DNA of 64,000 nucleotides from Anaerolineae bacterium (GTDB taxonomy: Bacteria; Chloroflexota; Anaerolineae; UBA1429), in contig OY776562.1 in NCBI GenBank assembly GCA_963675785.1, positions 416,001 to 480,000 of the forward strand. The letters are read 5' to 3'. The first letter of the stretch is position 1, and every line of letters begins with the position of its first letter. Position numbers and translations under genes: made by a program. The notes under the pieces are model-generated. The model searched no databases and had not been told where the DNA came from. It saw only the letters and a list, made by a program, of their open reading frames with translations. This document shows positions 20,343-30,304 of the stretch, piece after piece.

Positions 20343-20653
20343 ATGCCACCTCCAAGACGAATGCCGATGGCACTCTGAACGAATTCTTGAAGTGAAGTGG
20401 AAGCGCCTTCACCATCTCTACCTGGAACCTCGACGACAAGCGGTAGCTGGCTTGCTATCTTGAGCTGGTCGATGCGCTCTCGCTCCCAGTCGGCCATATC
20501 TTTGGTAAAAATAAGTAGCCCAATTGTCCTATCGGCAAGTGCCGAATCAATAGCCTGCTTGAGCTGTTCCTGCGATGTAACCGAACGACCGGCAACACCC
20601 GCAAGTGAAAAGCCCAAGACACTATCCTTGTTGCCAATGACAAACATGCGCAT
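20339..20653 (-). CDS. atpF: V/A-type ATP synthase subunit F
   Basis: VIGNKDSVLGFSLAG, PLVVEVP, AIG. Confidence 0.92.
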   Translation of the reverse strand: MRMFVIGNKDSVLGFSLAGVAGRSVTSQEQLKQAIDSALADRTIGLLIFTKDMADWERERIDQLKIASQLPLVVEVPGRDGEGASTSLQEFVQSAIGIRLGGGM

Positions 20654-20667
20654 GGTGCGCTCCTAAA

Positions 20668-21099
20668 TCAAGAGTTCAAGATCATGAACGAGATGATCAA
20701 GCCATAAATAGCGATACCTTCACCCAGGCCTACAAAGATGAGGGTCTTGCCCAGTACTTCGGGCTTTTCGGTGATGCTTCCGATAGCAGCAGCGCCAGCA
20801 ATGCCTACTGCAATACCGCAACCGATACAGGCCAACCCTGTCGCCAAACCTGCGCCAATGGCCGCGGTGCTAGCTGTTGTGGTGGTTTCGGTTCCCGTCT
20901 GGGCAAAAACAGGCATGGGGCTGGTCAGCGTCAGCAGGATAAAGGCTGCGCACATGAGCACGGCCAGCCCATTAATACCTACCATACTGCCTATCCATGC
21001 CTTGGCTGTACCCGCACTGTGTCGGCGACGGCTGAGATAATATCCGGTTCCAAGACCTACTACAGCCAGCATGGCAATTCCACTAATGATCGTCTGCAT
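20668..21099 (-). CDS. atpK: V/A-type ATP synthase proteolipid subunit K/c
   Basis: C-terminal hairpin GIAVG...EKPE...GLGEGIAIYG; N-terminal hydrophobic extension. Confidence 0.92.
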   Translation of the reverse strand: MQTIISGIAMLAVVGLGTGYYLSRRRHSAGTAKAWIGSMVGINGLAVLMCAAFILLTLTSPMPVFAQTGTETTTTASTAAIGAGLATGLACIGCGIAVGIAGAAAIGSITEKPEVLGKTLIFVGLGEGIAIYGLIISFMILNS

Positions 21100-21120
21100 A
21101 TTGTTACTCCTCACGCGTTC

Positions 21121-23097
21121 CTATTCTGCGGGTTGGTTTTGTGAATCTGGGAAAACGAGTGGTTTGAAGGGCGTGCCCGATCCAGAGAAGAACTTGCCAA
21201 AGAACTCGTAATACTCGAGTCTCAGCGTCTGAATGCCTACGATGACGCCCTCAAATCCGATGACAAAGAGATTGCCTCCGATGATGATAACCATTCGCAA
21301 TACTTGTCCGAGGAACGAAGGCCCCCCGATCATGTCTGCCAATAGGAATACCACCATACTCAGCCCCACATGGGCAACGGCAAAGGCGCCCAATCGCACA
21401 AACGAGAGCGTATTGCTCAGGAAAGAGATGAACGTTTCAAACAGCTCAAAAAAGGCCTGCACGAGGTATTCGACGAGGCTGCCTTCGATGAGTGGTTTCT
21501 CTTTGTTGATCAACTTGGTAAGTGGCTCTGCAAAGAACAAGGCAATGCTGAGCACAATATCCAAGAGGACAAAAATGATGGGCAGATTATACCCTGTTAG
21601 AGGCAGGATAACTGTGGCCAAAAGGCTCCAGTAGAGAACAAAGCCCGAGATGCCGTTTCTATCAAAGATGGCTTGCTTGAGCCTCTTACGATGTGCAGAT
21701 CCATAAATGTGGCAGATATAACCTATGTTGAGCACAACGACACCAAAGATAACCGATGCTTCTAGGAGCGTCATGATGTCATCCATTGGCCTAAGCCAGA
21801 TGGCCCCGATAACATCCTCCATGCCAAAGACACTGCCATAGAGCGTCCCAAAGATCATGGAAAAGACGCCGCAGCCGAGCAAAATAGGCCCTATCTTTTT
21901 GAGATTGCTGGCCGAACCAATGATGCCCAGTGTTAGCAGCAATCCTGTTATGGCTAGCAGAGCGCCGTGGCCAAGGTCGCCAAACATAGCACCGAACATC
22001 AGCGTGAAGGTAACAGCCACAATTGGGGTTGGGTCAATCTCATCATAGCCAGGCGTGCCATAGATGTTGACCAAAGACTCGAATGGTTTGAATAGTTTGT
22101 TGTGTAACATGGTGGGCACAATCTGCCCTTTGCCACCAGCATATGGCGAGTTGATCTCGATGGTGATGCGGTCACTGGTAGCCTCTTTGAGATGCTTTTG
22201 CAATTCTTCAATGCGCTTTGTTGGCACCCACCCGGCCACAAGATAAACACGCCCACGATGGCCAAAGTGAGACATGGCTTCGGCAATAGCGTGATCATCA
22301 CGGACTCGTGCAAGCATCTGGTCGAGAATGGGGCGAACTTCGACCATGAGATCTTGGAGCGAGTCATGAATATCTGCGAGTTCATCTTTCGTCTTAGCCA
22401 AGCGTTCTCTTACAGAAACCAGAGCTTCGGATGCTGTCCCTTGCGCATTCTCTGGTAGCTCAAAGCGGTCAAGGAACGCACTTTCCAGGGCTCGGTCTAG
22501 AATGGGGGCGTGTTCTGGGGCGCAGAATGCAAATACGAGCTCCCTTGCTCCCACTTGTTCAACCGGCATGATGCGATAGGGAATACTGTAAAGGCTGGTT
22601 TCGAGTCGTGATAGGTTTTCTGCGGGCAGCATGCCCGCTACAAAGTGCAGGTGCTTGAGCTGTTCCAAGTCTTCGATGCTGATAGAGAGCGGTGCAAGGA
22701 GTTGAAGCGACCGTGTAGACAGCTCAAGCTTTTCGGTCGTCCGTTCCAGCTCTCTTGCGCGATCTTGCAGCTCATTGGCCCGCAGTTCGATCTCGGAAAG
22801 CTCTTTTTCAACCAGTACATGATCCTGTTCAGGATTCAGTTGTCCTTCGCACGGCCGTAGCTGTTCCGGAATCTCAAGCGAATGCATCAGATCGACGATA
22901 CGCCGTTCTTGCGTGGTATATGTTGCAATACGTCCTTGCCAGGCAGTTCCTGCTCCCTGTTCCCATTGACTGAGGGAGTTGACATCGAGCAAGTGCATGA
23001 GGCCCATGCTGGCAATGACTTGGGCCACCTGCTGAATGTCATTTTCGAGTACGAAAATGTCTACTTCGGCCATTTCGGCTGGTGCAAGCATGCTCAC
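21121..23097 (-). CDS. atpI: V/A-type ATP synthase subunit I/a
   Basis: YGTPGYDEIDPT, FGAMFGDLGHG, SNTLSFVRL.AF..AH, LRLEYYEFFGKF. Confidence 0.95.
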   Translation of the reverse strand: MSMLAPAEMAEVDIFVLENDIQQVAQVIASMGLMHLLDVNSLSQWEQGAGTAWQGRIATYTTQERRIVDLMHSLEIPEQLRPCEGQLNPEQDHVLVEKELSEIELRANELQDRARELERTTEKLELSTRSLQLLAPLSISIEDLEQLKHLHFVAGMLPAENLSRLETSLYSIPYRIMPVEQVGARELVFAFCAPEHAPILDRALESAFLDRFELPENAQGTASEALVSVRERLAKTKDELADIHDSLQDLMVEVRPILDQMLARVRDDHAIAEAMSHFGHRGRVYLVAGWVPTKRIEELQKHLKEATSDRITIEINSPYAGGKGQIVPTMLHNKLFKPFESLVNIYGTPGYDEIDPTPIVAVTFTLMFGAMFGDLGHGALLAITGLLLTLGIIGSASNLKKIGPILLGCGVFSMIFGTLYGSVFGMEDVIGAIWLRPMDDIMTLLEASVIFGVVVLNIGYICHIYGSAHRKRLKQAIFDRNGISGFVLYWSLLATVILPLTGYNLPIIFVLLDIVLSIALFFAEPLTKLINKEKPLIEGSLVEYLVQAFFELFETFISFLSNTLSFVRLGAFAVAHVGLSMVVFLLADMIGGPSFLGQVLRMVIIIGGNLFVIGFEGVIVGIQTLRLEYYEFFGKFFSGSGTPFKPLVFPDSQNQPAE

Positions 23098-24161
23098 TCC
23101 TCGCGTCGGATCAGATAGTGATGGATTTCGTCGGGTTCCCAGCCCATTTCCTTGCCTTCAATCACGGTAATTAGGTCCGTTACTTCTTGGTCCAAAAGTA
23201 CAAGATATGCCAAGATGGTGCCCAGACGGAAAGGATATCCGCCGAGGAGGCTCTTTGCGGTCTTTCTTGTATGCCGTTTGAGTGCCAGCTCTAGTTCGGG
23301 CAGCATTTGTGAAACCTCAGTGGGCGCGCCAGACAGATCCACGGCATTTTGCCCAAATACTCTGTCGACGATCTCACGGGGTGTTGCGCCAAGTGCAATC
23401 TCGCGTATCAGGTTTGCATCGGTACGGTCCGTATGCCACAGGGTATAGTTCACAATCTCCTCAGGAGAAAGGCCATAGTATTCGCGGTAACGAAAGGCCC
23501 ATTCTATGTTCAGAGCGTCAAGAATATCCCCCATCATGATCTTGGCGTCTTTGTGTTCCAAAGTCCCCAAACGCTGCATAACGGCCCAGACATCTCGATA
23601 ATAGCGAATGTCCAGAGCAACCTCTATGCTAAACAGTGAATCATCTCGTTCATAGCCGGGGAGGGCGTTCCTTAGGGGATTGATATAGTGCGTCCCCTGT
23701 AGACGATCTACAAGGGCCGGCACAGATAGCTCATGGGCCAGGCTGCTCCAGGGGAGCGTTGTTGCCTCACTCAGAGGGATAAGCATGGATTCGATTTGCT
23801 CGGCATTGTATCCCTGAGCAATACCTCGAAAGACCACCTTTAGATTATCAAGTTCGAAATGGCGCAACCAAACTAGTACCATGCGCCTTGCGCCGCTTTT
23901 GGCCAGGCTGAGGCACTTGTTGGTATTATCGGCTACCAGCGCCTTGAGGCGGCCTTCGATGGTTGTGATGCGCAAGGGCGTATCGGTCAAGCCCTCCAGA
24001 GCTGGACTATAGGACGTGTCTCGCAAAAAAGTGACGGCCGCTTCAAGGTTTGGGACATCGACGAGAGCTCGCCATTGTTTACTGCTGAGAAGTCGCGAAT
24101 AGAGGCCACGCACGCGTGCATTGCTGGCCGAATAAGCGACTGCCTCCATGCCGGTGCTCAT
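23094..24161 (-). CDS. atpC: V/A-type ATP synthase subunit C/d
   Basis: YSASNARVRG, NLKVVFRG, E.TDL...IEG; operon position. Confidence 0.88.
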   Translation of the reverse strand: MSTGMEAVAYSASNARVRGLYSRLLSSKQWRALVDVPNLEAAVTFLRDTSYSPALEGLTDTPLRITTIEGRLKALVADNTNKCLSLAKSGARRMVLVWLRHFELDNLKVVFRGIAQGYNAEQIESMLIPLSEATTLPWSSLAHELSVPALVDRLQGTHYINPLRNALPGYERDDSLFSIEVALDIRYYRDVWAVMQRLGTLEHKDAKIMMGDILDALNIEWAFRYREYYGLSPEEIVNYTLWHTDRTDANLIREIALGATPREIVDRVFGQNAVDLSGAPTEVSQMLPELELALKRHTRKTAKSLLGGYPFRLGTILAYLVLLDQEVTDLITVIEGKEMGWEPDEIHHYLIRREE

Positions 24162-24517
24162 CTATCTTCTCCGGCGAGTACAGTGCTGACGACAAATCTG
24201 ACGGCATCTTCCAAATGCTTTCGGGCCAGGGTCTCCCAATTGTGCCATTCCGTTTTGTTCTTTTCGTCAATCTGTTCTGCTTGCAGATGAACGGTTTGAT
24301 CTGAGGCGACCTGCAGCTCATCAATCTGGCTTTTGATGTCCTGCTCAGAACGTTGGGCGATTGCAGCAATGCGCTCATCGGCCGTAGCGGTGATTCTATC
24401 CGCTTCAGCTTCGGCATCACGCACAATGCCTTCGGCTCTTTGTTCGAGGGCTAGAACTTGATGTAGGGGGTCTTCAGTGACGCCCATCGAAGGATCTGTT
24501 GTACCATAGTTGTCCAT
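24158..24517 (-). CDS. V/A-type ATP synthase subunit G/H (peripheral stalk)
   Basis: Short acidic coiled-coil protein at the head of the operon. Confidence 0.75.
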   Translation of the reverse strand: MDNYGTTDPSMGVTEDPLHQVLALEQRAEGIVRDAEAEADRITATADERIAAIAQRSEQDIKSQIDELQVASDQTVHLQAEQIDEKNKTEWHNWETLARKHLEDAVRFVVSTVLAGEDR

Positions 24518-24721
24518 TGCGCTGCTCCGTCGTGTTTGTATGTATCACGACAAACCATGACACGCGGGGGACCTACTATCTCCCACGCTATGTCCGGCTA
24601 GCGCCGACCGATCGTAGGAGCGTAGACCAACTAGGTCTCGTATCTGCGAGGGGCAGGTGGCCGGAATCAGCTTGTCGGGAATATATCAACCGAAAGCCTT
24701 GAATCCGAGCGAACAGGCGGA

Positions 24722-24750
24722 ATTATATGCCAAACTGGAATATGATGCAA
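24722..24750 (-). promoter_or_regulatory. sigma70-type promoter of the ATPase operon
   Basis: TTGCAT-N17-TATAAT on the minus strand, about 200 nt upstream of the first ATG. Confidence 0.65.
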
Positions 24751-24760
24751 GAGAACTTGA

Positions 24761-25630
24761 CTATGAGACCAGGGCTATTCCCGCAACAGTCAAGGCGGTA
24801 CCTATCCATACTGTACGGCAAGGCTTCTCTCCAAGCAAGAGGATGCTCATCGGTAGGGCAAATAGCGGCGATGTTGAGGTGATAATGGCTGCCCGTGTAG
24901 GGCCGAGCATGGCAACGGCTTGAACAAAGAGGATGCTTCCCGCCCCCCAACCAACTAAACCGCCAAAGATGATTGTCAACCACTCACGCAGTGAGAGTTT
25001 CCAAAGCGTGCCCACCTTGCCACTGATTATAGAGACGAGCCAGAAAAACAGAGATAGAACAGGCATGCGAATGGCACTGACAACGACGGCATCAATCCCC
25101 TCGATGCCGGGCTTGAGAATGATAGCTGATATAGCCCAAAGGATGGCTGCACCAAAGGACATGAGAATACCCGTCTTTTGTGGCACGGCGTTCTCTTGCT
25201 GGCTCTTATCTCGCCGGCAAATCAGCAACAAGCCGACAAGTGCTAACACAAGTCCCGCAACAATGGTGGCAGAGAGAGATTCTTGCAGGAAGAAAAAGCT
25301 TAGCATCAGGGTGATGATAGGATACGTTGATGAGATGGGAAAGGAAAGAGACACGCCAATGCGAGACATTGAGCCAACATATAATGAATCACCAATGCCG
25401 GCGCCAACGAGTAGCGCGATAACCATATAAGCGTACTTGGTCAGAGTGACATCCGCAATGCCCGACTGGCTTCCTGTGGCATACATGGCTACGATCATTG
25501 AGATGGCGCCTACCAGTGTTCTTGGGGCATTGAGCGTGAACGGATCCACCTTGGTGGACAAGTTGCGCATGGATACTGATCCAATTGCCCAACTTAGAGC
25601 ACATAGCAGAGCGATTACTACTCCGGACAT
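24761..25630 (-). CDS. DMT/EamA family transporter
   Basis: Two EamA repeats, about 10 TM. Confidence 0.9.
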   Translation of the reverse strand: MSGVVIALLCALSWAIGSVSMRNLSTKVDPFTLNAPRTLVGAISMIVAMYATGSQSGIADVTLTKYAYMVIALLVGAGIGDSLYVGSMSRIGVSLSFPISSTYPIITLMLSFFFLQESLSATIVAGLVLALVGLLLICRRDKSQQENAVPQKTGILMSFGAAILWAISAIILKPGIEGIDAVVVSAIRMPVLSLFFWLVSIISGKVGTLWKLSLREWLTIIFGGLVGWGAGSILFVQAVAMLGPTRAAIITSTSPLFALPMSILLLGEKPCRTVWIGTALTVAGIALVS

Positions 25631-25771
25631 TGACTAACCTCGACGATTAAGATCTAACGAATTGATGTGTGGCATCATAAGCTTATTTAGGGTAACGGGC
25701 AAAGCGGATGAGCTGGTCTTTAGGTCAGTACCGGGGTAGAATAGGGATATTGTTTGTAAGGAGGTACGAGC

Positions 25772-26767
25772 ATGGAATACAGAAAATTGGGTCGTTCCGG
25801 GCTTCAAGTGTCTCCCGTTTGCATGGGCACGATGACGTTTGGCCGAGAGGCCGATGAAGGCATGTCTTTCAAGCTGATGGATCGTTATATTGAGCTTGGC
25901 GGGAATGTCATCGATACTGCGGATGTCTATGCGGCGGGTGCGTCTGAAGAAGTCGTCGGCCGTTGGCTAAAAAAGCGCGGTAATCGTGATCGCGTTGTGT
26001 TGGCTACCAAAGTATTTGGCATGACGGGCCCTGGCCCTAATGATAAAGGGCTTTCTCGGTTGCATATTCAACAGGCTGTTGAGGCGAGCCTGCGTAGACT
26101 GCAAACCGATGTCATCGACCTGTATCAGATTCACCGCTGGGATCCCGATGTGCCGGTAGAAGAGACATTGGGGGCACTGGATGATCTGATTCAGCAGGGC
26201 AAGGTGCGCTATGTGGGTTGTTCCAACCTTGCAGCTTGGCATCTTGCTGAATTTTTGGCTGCGGCCGAACGTAACGGCTGGGCCTATTTTGTGAGCGTTC
26301 AGCCCATTTTTAATGCCCTCAATCGAGGTATAGAGACCGAGTTATTGCCCTATTGCGCGTACAAAGGTTTGGGTGTTATTCCTTACAACCCTCTGGCGGG
26401 GGGAATGTTGACGGGTAAATATCGGCGTGAGGGAGATCTACCCAAAGGTGCACGTTTGGAGGCCTTTGGCAGCTACTATGATCGTTATTTCACAGAACGC
26501 GCTCTAGATGTTGTGGAGCAGTTTTGTGTCAAAGCGGCCGATATGGGCGTGACGCCAGCCCAATTGGCGCTTGCCTGGGTGTTGGGCGATTCGCGCGTTA
26601 CCTGCCCGCTCCTAGGAGCGCGTAATCTCGACCAATTGAACGATACCATCGGTGGTCTGGATATCCAGCTTACCGCGGAGCAGCGATCCGAGATCCCAGC
26701 GATTGATGTAGGGGATTGGGTTGGGGTCGATCCAGTGTATAACCGCGAAAAACTCTCTTTTCAGTAA
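25772..26767 (+). CDS. Aldo/keto reductase
   Basis: GTMTFG, DTADVY, LATK, SLRRLQTDVIDLYQIH, GKVRYVGCSN. Confidence 0.93.
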   Translation: MEYRKLGRSGLQVSPVCMGTMTFGREADEGMSFKLMDRYIELGGNVIDTADVYAAGASEEVVGRWLKKRGNRDRVVLATKVFGMTGPGPNDKGLSRLHIQQAVEASLRRLQTDVIDLYQIHRWDPDVPVEETLGALDDLIQQGKVRYVGCSNLAAWHLAEFLAAAERNGWAYFVSVQPIFNALNRGIETELLPYCAYKGLGVIPYNPLAGGMLTGKYRREGDLPKGARLEAFGSYYDRYFTERALDVVEQFCVKAADMGVTPAQLALAWVLGDSRVTCPLLGARNLDQLNDTIGGLDIQLTAEQRSEIPAIDVGDWVGVDPVYNREKLSFQ

Positions 26768-26808
26768 ATCAAAAAAGGGGGCACACATTGTGTGTCCCCT
26801 TTTTGATT
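26767..26808. terminator. Bidirectional intrinsic terminator
   Basis: AATCAAAAAAGGGGGCACAC-ATT-GTGTGTCCCCTTTTTGATT. Confidence 0.85.
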
Positions 26809-26814
26809 GCTCGA

Positions 26815-28299
26815 TTATCGCCTGTTTCTTATCAGCAACGTGTAATTTCGCTCTTCCTTGATCGCACGTTCAAATTGTGCTGCCAGATCATCCTCACTGT
26901 CGCCTGTATACCAGGTACACCACGCTTGCCCTAACGCGTCCAGCAGTAGCTCCAGGTTCAGCGTATCGCCAATGTCGTCTTGCCACAACAGAATGGTTGT
27001 CACGGGTGTTGTTTGCTGATGCCGTAATGAAAACTGTTCCAATCCAGCCTTTAAAAAGGCCGTTCGGTCGGTGAGGCATACAAGATGGTAGTGTGAGTTG
27101 TGGCGCAATCCGTCGGCAAGCGCCATGCTTGCACCACGTGTGCAGCGTACATCCACCAGTTCAAAGGGCACCTCGTTGAGGCCCGCCCAAGGACCTGGCT
27201 CTGCTGCGATGATGACGTTTTCTCGACCTATACGTTCACTGATGACTTGCTCCAGTGTTTTGAGGGCAGGGTAGAACGGCGAATCCTCAAAATGGTCTGG
27301 TTCGCCATAAGGATCGTCGTTCTCCGTCGTCGTTGGCAGTGTCAACTCGGGATGCAATTCTGTTAGCGCGGCGAGCACCTGGCTCAATAGTGGGGAGCCT
27401 TCTTCGCGCAGATGACGGCTCGTTTGCCCACAGATGCGCACTTCCAGCTTGGCATCGTGGGCAATGGCCTTGATCTGTTCTTCCACAAATGGCTGCCCAT
27501 TCTCAATCACCAGCACCTGATTGTGGCCGGCCAGCCATTTTGTTACACGCGCGGTTGGCAGCGGCCACACTGTAGAAAGCATCATCAAATCGATCGCATC
27601 GCCGGCGAGCTTGACAGTTTCTCCTGCCATCTCACAACAGGCGCCTACGCCGAGAATACCTGTTTGTTGGCCCAGCGTTTCTGCGTCAAAAGGAGAAGTC
27701 TCGATATCTCGCGTCCAGTGGCGAAGTCGATCATGACTTGCCCTTCTTCGGGCATAGGCAATATGAGATGCGGTGACCCAGCGATTGTGCTTGCGCAAAA
27801 AGTGGATGGCACGGCGTGGTAGCGGCCAAAGACTAGCTTCATTGCAGGCCTGCAAATGGCTATTGCGCAACCTCATGATAATGGGAATGCCAATGCCCTC
27901 GGACCAGGCATAACATTGCAAAAGTAGAGTACCTGCTTCGGCAGCATTGCGCGGTTCTACAACGGGGAGCTCAACCAGCCTGGCAGCCGGTCGGGAATCG
28001 AATTCTGTCCCTGCGCTAGAGCTGCGCAGCCCATCAAAACTTAGAATCACCAGTCCACGATGGCAACCCGTATATGCTGTGGCTGCTAAAGAGCCCAACG
28101 AGGATGCCAGATCGATACCAGCCAGACAGGCAATTGCGCGGCAGCCTGCGATTGTACTGCCCAGCGTCTGGTTTACAGCATTCTCGCCAGAGGCGCACAC
28201 CACAGCCTCAGGATATTCGTGCATGGGGGTAACAAGAGGGCCGCAGAAAAGAGCTTGAACGCCCGCAGCCTCCAGGGCATTATGCAGAGGGTATGACAT
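26815..28299 (-). CDS. Degenerate indolepyruvate:ferredoxin oxidoreductase alpha-like protein
   Basis: Collinear with IorA (EFDSR, PVVEP, PIIMRL, TVWPLP, VLVIE...PFVE) but the Cys and TPP motifs are lost. Confidence 0.65.
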   Translation of the reverse strand: MSYPLHNALEAAGVQALFCGPLVTPMHEYPEAVVCASGENAVNQTLGSTIAGCRAIACLAGIDLASSLGSLAATAYTGCHRGLVILSFDGLRSSSAGTEFDSRPAARLVELPVVEPRNAAEAGTLLLQCYAWSEGIGIPIIMRLRNSHLQACNEASLWPLPRRAIHFLRKHNRWVTASHIAYARRRASHDRLRHWTRDIETSPFDAETLGQQTGILGVGACCEMAGETVKLAGDAIDLMMLSTVWPLPTARVTKWLAGHNQVLVIENGQPFVEEQIKAIAHDAKLEVRICGQTSRHLREEGSPLLSQVLAALTELHPELTLPTTTENDDPYGEPDHFEDSPFYPALKTLEQVISERIGRENVIIAAEPGPWAGLNEVPFELVDVRCTRGASMALADGLRHNSHYHLVCLTDRTAFLKAGLEQFSLRHQQTTPVTTILLWQDDIGDTLNLELLLDALGQAWCTWYTGDSEDDLAAQFERAIKEERNYTLLIRNRR

Positions 28300-28336
28300 G
28301 AGTTCTTTCTATCTGTCTGTCAGAAGCACGGCATTT

Positions 28337-30292
28337 TTAATCGGCATCCGTATCGGGTGCAATGCGCTCAGATTCGAGGTGTTCGAGCTCCTGTTCCATT
28401 TGAGCGATGGTATCTGCGATCTGTTCAATGGCAACACGCTGTTTACGGTAATAATCGGATTCGCTCATCGCCAGGCGATTAGCGATATCACGGATACGCA
28501 TACCTCGTACAAAGCGCAGATCGAGGATGTTGTACAGCGTCCATTCGTTATCACCGATCATTTGGTCACCCTCTGGGCGCAGACGTTCGATGGCTGATTT
28601 GAGGACACTGCGCACGGCGTTGGCCGGGGCCTTTTGATGGTTCTCCATTTCGCGCCGAACGATTTTTAGCTCTAGCAGGTCGTTCTGAGTGAGTCGGCTG
28701 CCTCCCCAATAGTCAGAGAGAGCATCTTTGATGACCTGATCAAAACCTACTACCTCATCTTTGGTCGAGTTATTCATTTGCGCGGCGGTACCGGGTTGTC
28801 GGGCCCGCCATGCCTGAATGGCCTCAACCTCTACTTCAATGCCTTGCAAGAGCGCAAGAATCTGCTGCTGAAAGCGCATATCTTCCATAGCTGCTTCAGC
28901 ACGCTTGACGAGTGCATAGATCGCATCTCGGGTTTGATCGGAAAAGATGGGTTCGGTGCCTTCAAAGCGGGCCCCCAACATTCCCAATGTCGAATCGTCA
29001 GTTCGTGAAAGCAGAGGAAGCACCCAGTGATGATCTACAACGGCAAAGTCACTCTGTGATAAAAAGTCATCTTTACGACTTCCCACAGTTTTTTCCAACA
29101 GATCGTCAACCGAGATATCTTGGAGAAACGATTGGGCATCGTTACGATCTCCGCAGGTCATCTGGAGGGAAAAGCGTTCTTCCTTGATCGTCAGGATAAA
29201 GCCTGAAGGTACGCGTACAAGCTCGCAGAGTGCTACTAGCGTATTTTCCAGCACCTGTTCCAGGTCGGTGCTGGTCAACAAGCGTTCATCCAGTTCTTGC
29301 AGCCAGAGAATTTCTTTTCTATCGCGGTGGTAAACCAGCCGTGCCACCAAGGGTTGCGCCATAGTTATTGCTAATTCCAACACCACAACGGCCATAGCGA
29401 CCACAATGACTACCACAACCTCGCGGGGCAAACCCAGAATATGCTCAAAATGGGGCACCAGCTGCATTAAAATTACCACAGCGATAGCCGTACCAGGGCC
29501 TCGCAGCAAAAAGGTGATGAGGTTCTTTTTGATGACGCGATCAGGCTGTGTGGCGCCTTGGTAGGCCACCGTATAGCCGATGAGTGTCATCATGGCGAGT
29601 ACGGCCATGTTTCCCAAAAGGATAAGACCGTTGATAAGATTCATCGAAAAGAACTGTGCCGTTGGAGGAAGCAACAAGTAGGGAAAGACGCCAATGCTGG
29701 GTGCTGCCACCGCCCATTTGAGATAACCAAGGCGCCGACGATTCACTGTGGTGAGTGTGCGCTTTTGTGCGCGGATGATGTACATCCAGCCAGTGAGTGT
29801 TATCAGGGCATAGTAAGCGGTAAAATACCAGAATCCACTGCCAGCAACCAAATGAAAATCGGGCTCGGTGTTGATGCCACCGACGATGAGATCAGATGAG
29901 AGGGCCATCACTAACACGGTGGCACAAATGACATAACTGAGAAGAACCAAAAGGCGGCGATTCCGGTCTCGTGAACGCGTGTAATCGAGGATGGTTGAGG
30001 CGAAATGAAGATAGGCTGCGGGCATCATGGCAATGCCTAGCCATTGCAAACGGAGCCACATTTCAGCAGACTTGGTCTCTGTGACGCTGTTAACGGCAAT
30101 ATCTGCAATGTAGGTAATAGTAACAAATAGAATCAGAGAACAGAACGCCCGAGCAACGCTACTCTTGTAGTTATGTGCGATGATGTAGAGAAAGAGAGAA
30201 AACCCAAGGATAACGTTTGCCGAAAGCAGGATGGTATTGCCAAAGCTTGTGATTGTCTGAAGAACATACAGCCAATCGATATTCACTGCCAT
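28337..30292 (-). CDS. Membrane sensor with N-terminal HisKA_7TM-like domain and C-terminal HTH
   Basis: Multi-TM N-terminus (WLRLQWLG...PAAYLHF), cytoplasmic GAF-like part, YNILDLRFVRG..IRDIANRLAMSESDYYRKQ HTH. Confidence 0.75.
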   Translation of the reverse strand: MAVNIDWLYVLQTITSFGNTILLSANVILGFSLFLYIIAHNYKSSVARAFCSLILFVTITYIADIAVNSVTETKSAEMWLRLQWLGIAMMPAAYLHFASTILDYTRSRDRNRRLLVLLSYVICATVLVMALSSDLIVGGINTEPDFHLVAGSGFWYFTAYYALITLTGWMYIIRAQKRTLTTVNRRRLGYLKWAVAAPSIGVFPYLLLPPTAQFFSMNLINGLILLGNMAVLAMMTLIGYTVAYQGATQPDRVIKKNLITFLLRGPGTAIAVVILMQLVPHFEHILGLPREVVVVIVVAMAVVVLELAITMAQPLVARLVYHRDRKEILWLQELDERLLTSTDLEQVLENTLVALCELVRVPSGFILTIKEERFSLQMTCGDRNDAQSFLQDISVDDLLEKTVGSRKDDFLSQSDFAVVDHHWVLPLLSRTDDSTLGMLGARFEGTEPIFSDQTRDAIYALVKRAEAAMEDMRFQQQILALLQGIEVEVEAIQAWRARQPGTAAQMNNSTKDEVVGFDQVIKDALSDYWGGSRLTQNDLLELKIVRREMENHQKAPANAVRSVLKSAIERLRPEGDQMIGDNEWTLYNILDLRFVRGMRIRDIANRLAMSESDYYRKQRVAIEQIADTIAQMEQELEHLESERIAPDTDAD

Positions 30293-30304
30293 ATAAAACT
30301 CCGC

